Virus record (IMG/VR): IMGVR_UViG_3300042695_001243
Location: 182-64,181 of that record
DNA: 64,000 nucleotides
Reading direction: 5' to 3' (one strand)
DNA from: a virus
Lineage: Duplodnaviria; Caudoviricetes
In this document: in pieces, positions 55,749 through 64,000 of the stretch
How the letters are laid out: every line of letters begins with the position of its first letter
How positions within the stretch are numbered: position 1 is the first letter of the stretch
Notes under the pieces: model-generated
Databases searched by the model: none
Told to the model about the DNA's origin: nothing
Seen by the model: only the letters and a program-made list of their open reading frames with translations
Made by a program: the position numbers and the translations under genes

Positions 55749-56066
55749 ATGACCAGTTGGTACAAGCTCAACCTTGGCAACGGCGCAGATGCTTTTGCGC
55801 CCACGCGCGCGATTCAAGAGGCGTGCATGGCAACGCTCGTTGCACACGGTAGGCCATGGCCTGAATGGGCTCTTTTCTCGCGATACGACCTGCAGGCCGA
55901 CAACGTGGAGATGTACTTCACGCCCGCAGCCAGTGCACTTGCGCTGCAGTATGGCGCGACCCAGTGCGAGAAGCCTGCGCTCAACAAGTACAGGATGGGG
56001 CTACTGTGCGGCGAGGCCGACGCGCTGCGGCTTCACTTCCCCGATCAGTCTGTTGACCGCCGGTAG
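55749..56066 (+). CDS. Hypothetical protein downstream of cI
   Basis: AAGGA RBS; position typical of lysogen-expressed genes. Confidence 0.65.
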   Translation: MTSWYKLNLGNGADAFAPTRAIQEACMATLVAHGRPWPEWALFSRYDLQADNVEMYFTPAASALALQYGATQCEKPALNKYRMGLLCGEADALRLHFPDQSVDRR

Positions 56067-56183
56067 AGCGTGATTCACCACCTTTGTACCGGGCGGGAAT
56101 CCCTGAACCCGTCCGTCCAGATACACACGCCATACCTGCCCATCAGGGCCGTGCAGCTCGAATAGAAGCTCGTCGTCTTGCAT
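56001..56183 (-). CDS. Hypothetical protein (convergent, overlapping)
   Basis: GGAG RBS; MQDDELLFELHGPDG... Confidence 0.45.
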   Translation of the reverse strand: MQDDELLFELHGPDGQVWRVYLDGRVQGFPPGTKVVNHALPAVNRLIGEVKPQRVGLAAQ

Positions 56184-56269
56184 CGCATCTCCATACCGCC
56201 CTAGAGGCGGTTTTTTGTTGCCCGGATGGCCCCGACCAACACAACTTGTCACAAATGATAGCTGCCATT

Positions 56270-56332
56270 GTTTAGAAATTCAACACATTAAAAGATAGAA
56301 ACGCTTGACAAGGCGTATAGAACCTCTATACT
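56270..56332 (+). promoter_or_regulatory. OL operators and pL promoter
   Basis: 17-bp sites at 56270, 56293, 56315 (GTATAGAACCTCTATAC); TTGACA-16-TATACT. Confidence 0.8.
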
Positions 56333-56707
56333 TCACCCATCGCAGCAAACAAAGCGGCGATGGGTGCCAAGTGATCGAGCCGCGCACCGACATGCAGACC
56401 AGCGCGGGTGCCGGGTGAACCGGTGTGCAGTGGATGTGAGTCCGGGGATCGTAGGCGTGGGCCTAGACGATGGAGAAACCTCAGTAGGCCACCTTAGCCT
56501 CATCAGCTTCGATGCACATAGACGCTTTCAACGTCGCGCGCTGGGTGCCGTATCCAGCGAAATCAAAAAGATCGGGCGCTTTTCTGGGCGCGCAAAGTGC
56601 AGATGAGGTATGGCCCGCCAAGAGCAGGAAAGGGCCAAAACCACAGCGTCAGTCAATGAGGGCGTTGTGGTTTTCAAGTTACGGGGCGGCACGCCGCTCG
56701 GAAACTC

Positions 56708-57165
56708 GGCATAGGCTGGGGCAGTTCTTTTGAGAGATTGGGGGGTGGGTCGAGAAGATGAGTTCAGCGGGGTAGCGGGCCGGATTGCTCCAGCCCGCCC
56801 CACTAGGTCACAGCATCAGTAGCAGAACGATGTAGCCGATGGCTTGGAGGCACTTGGCAACGTCGATCTTGATGCTCACCTTCACTTGGGTTTTCATAGT
56901 TTTCACTTTGAAAGCCCCGTGGCCACGGGACGGTTAATCCCGCTACGACTTATTACGCGCCGTTGCTAGCGCGGCCAGTTGCTTGTCTAGCATGGGCTTC
57001 TGGCATCGGCTCCACGCTGATACTGCCGCTCTTATCGCAGAGCGGGCGATGAACGGGCAGCCGTTCAGCAGCATCAGTCTTCACCTTAAGCGGCTTCGCG
57101 GGCCGCAGTGGGCGGTGCGAACGCCCACTACCAGTATCTCAAAAGCGACTGCCCCAACCTATGCC
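56708..57165. ncRNA. Structured RNA-like locus closed by a ~28-bp long-range inverted repeat
   Basis: 56708-56735 pairs with 57137-57165; several internal hairpins. Confidence 0.5.
56808..56897 (-). CDS. 29-aa hydrophobic peptide MKTQVKVSIKIDVAKCLQAIGYIVLLLML (type I toxin-like; not in ORF track)
   Basis: Translated by hand; followed by GCAA-capped hairpin; weak RBS. Confidence 0.5.
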   Translation of the reverse strand: MKTQVKVSIKIDVAKCLQAIGYIVLLLML

Positions 57166-57276
57166 ATCGCCCGCATCCCGCAGGCGAAAAAAACCGCCTC
57201 GGTGGGCTGAGAAGGCCACGCCGCCCCCCCTGCCCTCTTTTGAGGGCTTTTTTACGACCACAAGAAGGAGAGTCTC

Positions 57277-57459
57277 ATGGATGCAGTCCACCCAATCATG
57301 CAGCAAGCGTTGAGGCCGTATCGGCCATTAACCGAGGCCGAAACGGAGGCGGCGCTGAAGGCAGCCGCTGCCCGTCAACGCGCAATAGATGAACGGCGCT
57401 GGTGGTCTGCACTCTGCCTACAACAAGATCAACTGTCTCGGCGCGGGGAGTTGCCATGA
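57277..57459 (+). CDS. Hypothetical early protein
   Basis: AAGGAG RBS; first clear gene after pL leader. Confidence 0.6.
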   Translation: MDAVHPIMQQALRPYRPLTEAETEAALKAAAARQRAIDERRWWSALCLQQDQLSRRGELP

Positions 57460-57722
57460 ATCCAAATTGGGGAAAAGCAATCGTACTAAGCGCCGTTCTA
57501 GGCGCTTTTTTATTTACGCAGCACGACGACCACCGGGGCGAATTTAAGCAAGCGGCAGAGCTTGAAGCCGCGCAGCAAGAAGCGCAGGCGAGGGCCTCAC
57601 GCGAGTTTGCTGGCCGCCAGGTGTGCGGGCCGGGTGCCGTCCATGAGTGGATCAGTGACAAAACACTGACATGCACCCCCAAACGGGGGCTGCCATACAA
57701 AGTATCGGAGGCAAAACCATGA
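57456..57722 (+). CDS. Membrane-anchored hypothetical protein
   Basis: GGAG RBS; N-terminal TM; ATGA overlap. Confidence 0.6.
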   Translation: MNPNWGKAIVLSAVLGAFLFTQHDDHRGEFKQAAELEAAQQEAQARASREFAGRQVCGPGAVHEWISDKTLTCTPKRGLPYKVSEAKP

Positions 57723-57757
57723 TCCGAGTTTTCGCCTGGACCGCTGGGGTGTGAGCC

Positions 57758-57952
57758 ATGGACTGCCCGAGCGGGAAAGTCGTGCATACGTTGCAGACCG
57801 CGACGGAAGCCAGCAAGCGCGCCCGCCGCCGTACTGAAAAAACCCTTGCCCCTTATCGCTGCGAAATCTGTGGGCAGTGGCATGTGGGCCAGGGTTCCGG
57901 GATGAAAAAGCCCGTCAAGACGATCCGAAAAAACCATCAACTTAGGTTCTAG
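57758..57952 (+). CDS. Small Zn-finger protein
   Basis: CPSGK..YRCEICGQWHV. Confidence 0.65.
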   Translation: MDCPSGKVVHTLQTATEASKRARRRTEKTLAPYRCEICGQWHVGQGSGMKKPVKTIRKNHQLRF

Positions 57953-57978
57953 TGACCTACACCATCACGGAGGCAAAT

Positions 57979-58071
57979 ATGAATTCAACAGAGCAATATC
58001 TGGTATCACTCCTAATTGGATGCACCCTCATCATGCTGGTAGCCGTTGTGCTGTTTGCGCTATGGCTGTGA
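57979..58071 (+). CDS. 30-aa single-TM peptide (not in ORF track)
   Basis: GGAGG RBS; MNSTEQYLVSLLIGCTLIMLVAVVLFALWL. Confidence 0.55.
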   Translation: MNSTEQYLVSLLIGCTLIMLVAVVLFALWL

Positions 58072-58289
58072 CATTTCTCCAAGAATGGAAAAAGTGGTAC
58101 AGCGTGTACCGCCGCACTTACCGCCCGCTTAGAGCAATCAAGCGGGCATTTTTTATGGCGAGGTTGAAATGAGAAACGACCCCGACGACGAAATCAATTA
58201 CGTGCCAACGCTTCAGGAATCTTTGGATGAGGCAATGGCGTGCGCACAAATGGATCACGACGAAGCACTACTACACAAAGGAACAAAAA

Positions 58290-58958
58290 ATGTCTATCGC
58301 AACAATGATTCTGGGCCAGTCTGGCACTGGCAAAACGACAAGTCTTCGCAATCTCGACCCGGCGAACACGCTGCTGATTCAGGCGGTCAAGAAGCCCTTG
58401 CCCTTCCGTTCTAAGGGCTGGGCGTGGTTCGACAAAGAGAAGCACCCCACCGGGAACATCTTTGACACCGACGACGCTACCAAGATCATCAAGCTGATGC
58501 GGGGCACCCGCCGCGAAGTGATCGTGCTCGACGACTTTCAGTACATTTTGGCCAACGAGTTCATGCGCCGCGTACTGGACAAGGAAACGGGCAATGCCGC
58601 GTTTGCGAAGTACAACGAAATCGCACACAACGCATGGTCCATCTTGATGGCTGCCAGCCAACTCGCAGACGATAAGCGCGTCTACATCCTGGGCCACACC
58701 CAGGAAGATGAAAACGGGCGCATCAAGGCCAAGACCATCGGCAAGCTCCTGGACGAAAAGATCACGCTGGAAGGCTTGCTGACCATCGTACTGCGCACCA
58801 CCGTTATCAACGGCCAGTACCTTTTCACGACACACAACAGCGGCCTCGATACCGTCAAAAGCCCATTGGGCTTGTTCGATGACGAACAGATTGACAACGA
58901 CTTAGCAAAAGTCGACGCGGCCATCGTCGATTACTACAACCTGGCACAAACCGCCTGA
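58290..58958 (+). CDS. Sak4-like AAA ATPase / recombinase
   Basis: GQSGTGKT, IVLDDFQY, KTIGKLLD, KSPLGLF. Confidence 0.8.
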   Translation: MSIATMILGQSGTGKTTSLRNLDPANTLLIQAVKKPLPFRSKGWAWFDKEKHPTGNIFDTDDATKIIKLMRGTRREVIVLDDFQYILANEFMRRVLDKETGNAAFAKYNEIAHNAWSILMAASQLADDKRVYILGHTQEDENGRIKAKTIGKLLDEKITLEGLLTIVLRTTVINGQYLFTTHNSGLDTVKSPLGLFDDEQIDNDLAKVDAAIVDYYNLAQTA

Positions 58959-58991
58959 TTTTTTTACTTCACACCACAAAGGCAAACCACT

Positions 58992-59636
58992 ATGTACGCA
59001 CTTGATACACAAGCAGCACGCCATGCAGATACCGCAGGCGCAACCATTAAAGAAATCGGCAAATACGTCGGCGAATTCACCCAGGCCCAGGACATCAAGA
59101 CCAAGAAAGGCGGGCGCGGCGTCTCGCTGATTTTCAAAAGCGCCGGAGGCCAAAAAGCCAACCTCGCTATCTACACCACCAGCGCAACCGGCGAGCGCTA
59201 TCAGGGCTACGACACGCTAATGGCGATCATGACCTGTATGCAGTTGCGCAGCATCAAACCGCAGCCCGGCAAGGTCACGCGCTACGACTACGACACCAAA
59301 AAAGAGGTGCAAGAGGACGGCACCCTATTCCCTGACCTGCACAAGCCGATTGGTGTTCTGTTGGAGACTGAGGACTACGAAAAACAGGATGGAAGCATTG
59401 GCACGCGCATGGCTCTGAAGAACGTCTTTCAGGCCAGCACCGAGCTGACAGCCAGCGAAATCCTGGACAAGAAAACACAGCCAGCGATGCTTCCCAAGAT
59501 GGTCGAAGGGCTGCGCCATCGCCCATTGAAAGGCGCACGCCCAGCACAACGCGCAGACAACAGCGCGGGCGCTCCACCAGCAGGCCATCCAGCATCCTCG
59601 GGCTTTGAAGATATGGGAGACGACATTCCCTTCTGA
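58992..59636 (+). CDS. SSB-like recombination partner
   Basis: Follows Sak4; acidic tail ending DDIPF. Confidence 0.7.
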   Translation: MYALDTQAARHADTAGATIKEIGKYVGEFTQAQDIKTKKGGRGVSLIFKSAGGQKANLAIYTTSATGERYQGYDTLMAIMTCMQLRSIKPQPGKVTRYDYDTKKEVQEDGTLFPDLHKPIGVLLETEDYEKQDGSIGTRMALKNVFQASTELTASEILDKKTQPAMLPKMVEGLRHRPLKGARPAQRADNSAGAPPAGHPASSGFEDMGDDIPF

Positions 59637-59714
59637 CCACGCCCGTCCGCGATTACCAACAACCAAAGGCCAGCACTGAACAAGTCGCTGGCCTTTTACT
59701 TTCATGGAGCAGAA

Positions 59715-60212
59715 ATGACAAACATCACACTCTTTGACGCGGCCCAGGCCGTGCGTGAAGCAGTCAACAAGATCGAGCCGGAAACGGGCGAGATCATCGA
59801 AAGCTACACAGAAAGCCGCGAGCTTTTCCAAAGCAAGGCGGTTGCATGTATCGCCTATGCAAAAGAGCAAGCGGCATCAATTGCCGCTGCTGATGACATG
59901 CTGAAAAGCATGCAGGCGAAGGTTGATGCTGAGAAAAAACGCCATGAACGGTTTTTGGCTTACCTAGCCGACTGCATGAAGGCAACCGGCATCACCGAGG
60001 TCAAACACGAGCTTGGTTTGTTCGCCGCGAAGCTGTACCTGGAGCGCGATGAGTCGGTCGAAATCGACGCCAACGCGGAGTTCCCGCCAGCGCTCTGCAA
60101 CGACCCCAAGCCACCCACCCCCAGCAAAACAAAAATCAAAGCAGCAATCAAAGCTGGCGAGGCTGTAGCGGGTGCGCGGATCGTACGCAAAGACAGACTG
60201 AGCATTACATAA
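59715..60212 (+). CDS. Siphovirus Gp157-like protein
   Basis: Coiled coil + PSKTKIKAAIKAGEAVAGARI. Confidence 0.8.
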   Translation: MTNITLFDAAQAVREAVNKIEPETGEIIESYTESRELFQSKAVACIAYAKEQAASIAAADDMLKSMQAKVDAEKKRHERFLAYLADCMKATGITEVKHELGLFAAKLYLERDESVEIDANAEFPPALCNDPKPPTPSKTKIKAAIKAGEAVAGARIVRKDRLSIT

Positions 60213-60256
60213 CCCAACACAGGCCCGCCCAGCGGGCTTTTTTACGGATACATGCA

Positions 60257-61282
60257 ATGAACGATCTGCAATGTGACAGTGCGAACGTGATCGAGTTTGG
60301 AGACTGCCGAGACATCATGCGGCGCTGGGCTGTCGATGGCGTGCGCGCGCAGACCTGTGTGACCAGCCCACCCTACCTGGGGCTGCGCGACTATGGCGTG
60401 GACGGACAAATCGGGCTGGAGCAGACGCCCGAGGAATACATCGCTGCAATGGTTGAGGTGTTCCGCTGCGTGCGGGATGTGCTGGCCGACGACGCGGCGC
60501 TGTGGGTAAACATTGGGGACAGTTACGCGGGGGGCGGGGGTGGCAATTACAGCAAGAGCGTCAAGCAGACTTCACACGGCGAGCACATCACTAATGTGCG
60601 CAATCGTCCTGATTGGCTGGCTTCCACCGGCCTGAAGCCAAAAGACCTCATCGGCATCCCGTGGATGCTGGCCTTCGCCCTCCGCGCTGACGGGTGGTAT
60701 CTCAGGCAGGATGTGATCTGGCACAAGCCAAACCCCATGCCCGAGAGCGTGCGCGACCGCTGCACCAAGGCGCACGAGTACATCTTTCTGTTGAGCAAGT
60801 CGGAGCGGTACTACTTCAATGGCGACGCAATTCGTGAGCCGTGGGAGGGTGAGGCAGCAAAAGCGGTTGCAATGGGTGCTAAAGAAGTTGGCCAGCGAGG
60901 CATCAACGCATCAGCGCGGCGCGGCTTGACCGACGGGCAGGCGACTCAGTTCAAGAAGCAAGGGCACAGCGGCTACTTTGGCGCAGACGGGAGGTGCCTG
61001 CTGAACCCTCTGGGGGCCAACAAGCGCAGCGTCTGGAAAGTAGCCACCCGCCCCTACAAGGGCGCGCACTTCGCCACGTTTCCACCTGCGCTGATCGAGC
61101 CGTGCATCCTTGCCGGATCGCGCCCCGGTGACATCGTGCTCGACCCGTTCATGGGGTCAGGCACGACCGCGCAGGTTTCGCTCCAGCATGGGCGCCGGTA
61201 TCTGGGGTGCGAGCTTAACCCGGAATACCGCGCGTTGCAGCAACAGCGAATTGAGACTGCTGTAGGCCCACTTTTCGCCTGA
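60257..61282 (+). CDS. Orphan N4-C/N6-A DNA methyltransferase (beta class)
   Basis: TSPPY before DPFMGSGTT; HFATFP. Confidence 0.9.
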   Translation: MNDLQCDSANVIEFGDCRDIMRRWAVDGVRAQTCVTSPPYLGLRDYGVDGQIGLEQTPEEYIAAMVEVFRCVRDVLADDAALWVNIGDSYAGGGGGNYSKSVKQTSHGEHITNVRNRPDWLASTGLKPKDLIGIPWMLAFALRADGWYLRQDVIWHKPNPMPESVRDRCTKAHEYIFLLSKSERYYFNGDAIREPWEGEAAKAVAMGAKEVGQRGINASARRGLTDGQATQFKKQGHSGYFGADGRCLLNPLGANKRSVWKVATRPYKGAHFATFPPALIEPCILAGSRPGDIVLDPFMGSGTTAQVSLQHGRRYLGCELNPEYRALQQQRIETAVGPLFA

Positions 61283-61312
61283 ACCAACCAGCCCATCGGG
61301 CTTTTTTACGCC

Positions 61313-61510
61313 ATGACCACAAAACAGCTCGTCCGCAACCTACAGCCGGGGCAACGCTTCCGGCTCGCACGTACCGGCGATTGGTATGAGTTTCTCGGCC
61401 ACAAGCGCGAGACACCAAGCGGCACACAGTACGTAGTGCGCCGCTCTGGTTTTGCAAAACCATCAACACTGCACCCGGCTTGCCATGTGGTGCTGGAGGA
61501 TAAGACATGA
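61313..61510 (+). CDS. Hypothetical protein
   Basis: 65 aa; in operon. Confidence 0.5.
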   Translation: MTTKQLVRNLQPGQRFRLARTGDWYEFLGHKRETPSGTQYVVRRSGFAKPSTLHPACHVVLEDKT

Positions 61511-61704
61511 CAGAGAACCTAATCACATTAAAGCAATGGAAGCGCCGCGCACTGAAAGCAGAGCGGCAAGTCGAGTTTTTACAAGGCGTCCGCGCGATGG
61601 AAGCCGAGACAGAGATGAGCCGCTGCCGCGAGTTGGCGGCTTTGCGGGTTGCGGCAAAAGAAGCGCTCGATGCCCTGCATTGGGCTATGGACGATCAGAC
61701 ATGA
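61507..61704 (+). CDS. Hypothetical protein
   Basis: GGAGG RBS; ATGA overlap. Confidence 0.55.
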   Translation: MTENLITLKQWKRRALKAERQVEFLQGVRAMEAETEMSRCRELAALRVAAKEALDALHWAMDDQT

Positions 61705-62033
61705 CCCCCACGCCCGTAGCAAAGGGCTGCCCCGCCTGCGGTGTATGCCTTACCTGCGGGCCATTGTGGGCTATCAATTACCGCGAACTCACAACACCAC
61801 GCGGCAACAAGCTGATGCCCTGCATTCGATGCTGGGCGACGTTCCTTGCGTTTGCAGAGCGCCAACGGCGCGAAAAAGCGGACGGCATTTCACAACATTA
61901 ACCAGATTTTATTTATGCCAAATTATGTATTGCGCGAGTTCACTACCGGCGAATATCTCGGCACATTTACCAAGATTATCAGCGCTCAAACAGCCGGATC
62001 GAGCTTCTCCCACATCATCGAGAGGTTTGAGAC

Positions 62034-62237
62034 ATGATTCACCACGGCCAGCAAATGTGCCTTATTGAATACGCGGGCCGCATGTCGGCCAGTCCGTTCA
62101 AGGTTACTAGAGTAGGCAAGCGATGGGCTGAAATAACCCCCGAGGGATGGATGGCACCAAGCCACCGCATCGACGTTGACACACTCAGCGGCGGTAGCTG
62201 GGTGGACAATAACGGCGCGTGTTATATCTTCAAATAG
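62034..62237 (+). CDS. Hypothetical protein
   Basis: GAGG RBS; precedes chemoreceptor. Confidence 0.4.
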   Translation: MIHHGQQMCLIEYAGRMSASPFKVTRVGKRWAEITPEGWMAPSHRIDVDTLSGGSWVDNNGACYIFK

Positions 62238-62240
62238 TAG

Positions 62241-63863
62241 GTGATAATCATGGCTCTTAAAGATGTGAAAATATCCACCCAACTCACCTTGCTGATCGGA
62301 TTCTTGTCGATCATTTTGATGGCAATTGGTGGGGTAGGTCTCTATGGCATATCTGCATCCAATGCAGCATTGCGTTCGGTCTATCAAGATCGAACCATCG
62401 CGCTAGGGCAACTGGCCGATGTCCAACAGGGAATGCTGCACAACCAAATCAGCATTGGCATCATGTTGCTGGAACCATTGCCTGAGCTGATTTCCAAACT
62501 CAACGCAAAAATTGATCTCGAAAAGTCCAGAATCGACAAGGTTTGGGATGCCTACATCGCTGTGCCGCGCAAGCCCGAAGAAGAACGGATCGCGAAAGAG
62601 TTTGTCGAACGACGCACCAAGTTTGAAGAAGAAGGGGTCAAGCCGACCATCAAGGCCTTGACGTTGAATGACCCCAGCAAGGCGGTGGACTACGGCCTTA
62701 ACAAGATGCCAGCCTTGTATGAAGCGACCCGAGAGCTTCTGGCGGCCTTGGTGAAAATCCAGATGGACGAAGCGCGCAACGCATACAACGCTGCGGAGGA
62801 GCGCTCTGGAATCATCTACTGGAGTTCCATTGCCTCCGTGGTCATGGGCCTCGTGTTGGCTGCTTTGGCGGGCTATTTGCTGGTGCGGAAGATTTCCCGC
62901 GCACTCACGCAAGCCGTGGATGTTTCCAACTGCATTGGGTCAGGCGACCTTACCCACCAAATTCCCGAATCAGGGCACAGCGAAATCGGCGCTTTGCTTG
63001 GTGCGCTGCGCAACATGCAATCCGATTTAGTCGGGGTGGTTTCCACCGTGCGCTCAGGTGCCGATGGCGTCGCCGCTGCCAGTTCAGAGATTGCAGAGGG
63101 CAACAACGACCTGAGCATCCGAACGGAGCAACAGGCGGCGTCGCTGCAAGAAACAGCCTCGTCCTTGGAAGACCTCAGCCAAACCATCAAGCAAAACGCG
63201 GATAACGCAAGTCAAGCTAACCAACTGGCTCAAAGCGCCAGCGCGGTGGCGGTAGATGGCGGCAATGTGGTCAACCAAGTGGTTGAAACCATGAAGGACA
63301 TCAACGAATCGTCCAAGCGCATCTCGGAAATCATCAGTGTGATCGACGGCATTGCGTTCCAGACCAACATCCTTGCACTGAATGCCGCCGTGGAAGCTGC
63401 CCGAGCGGGGGAACAAGGACGCGGTTTTGCGGTGGTCGCCTCTGAGGTACGCATCCTTGCCAGTAGATCGGCAGAGGCGGCAAAGCAAATCAAAGCACTG
63501 ATCGGCGCAAGCGTAGTGCGGGTGGAACATGGGACACACCTAGCCGACAAAGCCGGAGCCACCATGATCGAAGTGGTGGATTCCATTCGACGGGTCACGG
63601 ACATCATGGCCGAAATCAACACGGCAAGTAGCGAACAAGCTTTTGGTGTGCAGCAAGTCAACGCTGTCGTGAGGCAGATGGATCACACCACGCAGCAAAA
63701 CGCTGCACTGGTTGAACAGATTGCGGCTGCCGCGTCGAGCTTGAAAGTAATGGCAGACGATCAAGTTCGAGCCGTTGCGATTTTTTCGTTACCCCGAAAT
63801 GGCTCTGCTCATACAAAAAGAAAGCCCCAAAACTTTTTACACCTTGCCGGTGGCGCACGATGA
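62241..63863 (+). CDS. Methyl-accepting chemotaxis protein (TM-4HB sensor-TM-HAMP-signalling); start may be ATG 62250
   Basis: [34 protein letters not shown]; two TM segments. Confidence 0.95.
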   Translation: MIIMALKDVKISTQLTLLIGFLSIILMAIGGVGLYGISASNAALRSVYQDRTIALGQLADVQQGMLHNQISIGIMLLEPLPELISKLNAKIDLEKSRIDKVWDAYIAVPRKPEEERIAKEFVERRTKFEEEGVKPTIKALTLNDPSKAVDYGLNKMPALYEATRELLAALVKIQMDEARNAYNAAEERSGIIYWSSIASVVMGLVLAALAGYLLVRKISRALTQAVDVSNCIGSGDLTHQIPESGHSEIGALLGALRNMQSDLVGVVSTVRSGADGVAAASSEIAEGNNDLSIRTEQQAASLQETASSLEDLSQTIKQNADNASQANQLAQSASAVAVDGGNVVNQVVETMKDINESSKRISEIISVIDGIAFQTNILALNAAVEAARAGEQGRGFAVVASEVRILASRSAEAAKQIKALIGASVVRVEHGTHLADKAGATMIEVVDSIRRVTDIMAEINTASSEQAFGVQQVNAVVRQMDHTTQQNAALVEQIAAAASSLKVMADDQVRAVAIFSLPRNGSAHTKRKPQNFLHLAGGAR

Positions 63864-64000
63864 CCCCGACGCTTCTACTCTGCCTAGTCGTCGCCATTAC
63901 TGACGGCGACACGATCAAAGCCCGCTGCGGCCAACCAGGCAATTACGACCAGATCACAGTTCGTATCAGTGCCATAGACGCGCCCGAATCTCGACAAGCA
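63860..64000 (+). CDS. Thermonuclease N-terminal part (runs off window end)
   Basis: [20 protein letters not shown]...[14 protein letters not shown]. Confidence 0.85.
   Translation, partial: MTPTLLLCLVVAITDGDTIKARCGQPGNYDQITVRISAIDAPESRQA

Noticed and set aside
61770-61850. NinB-like remnant (ALHSMLGDV)
   Set aside because: Too short, no clear start; could be chance.
1-64000. CRISPR array
   Set aside because: No regularly spaced repeat-spacer series noticed; repeats found are coding or regulatory.

Overview
The window is almost certainly a nearly complete, circularly permuted genome (~64 kb) of a temperate podovirus-like phage, probably of a Betaproteobacterium (host is inferred). A thermonuclease gene begins at the right end and continues at the left end. 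It contains: an integration module (Xis-like gene, tyrosine integrase, and an attP holding the 5' half of tRNA-Arg(TCT)); a long minus-strand late region (terS, terL, portal, scaffold, N4-gp56-type capsid, tail and internal proteins, a 3637-aa polyvalent protein, tail appendages, lysis genes); a lambdoid cI/cro switch with 17-bp operators; replication and recombination genes; and cargo (PstI/BsuBI-like restriction-modification pair, orphan methylase, chemoreceptor, small morons). The most striking unexplained signal is a small, oppositely oriented, signal-peptide-bearing gene among the ejection genes that carries a 34-aa copy (21 identities, mostly different codons) of a segment of the adjacent internal virion protein, a candidate superinfection-exclusion-by-mimicry system. 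Other highlights: a six-copy late-promoter motif with apparently leaderless mRNAs, a stand-alone peptide resembling the ribonucleotide-reductase C-terminal tail, and a structured antisense small-peptide locus. Family assignments come from recalled motifs and gene order, not database searches.
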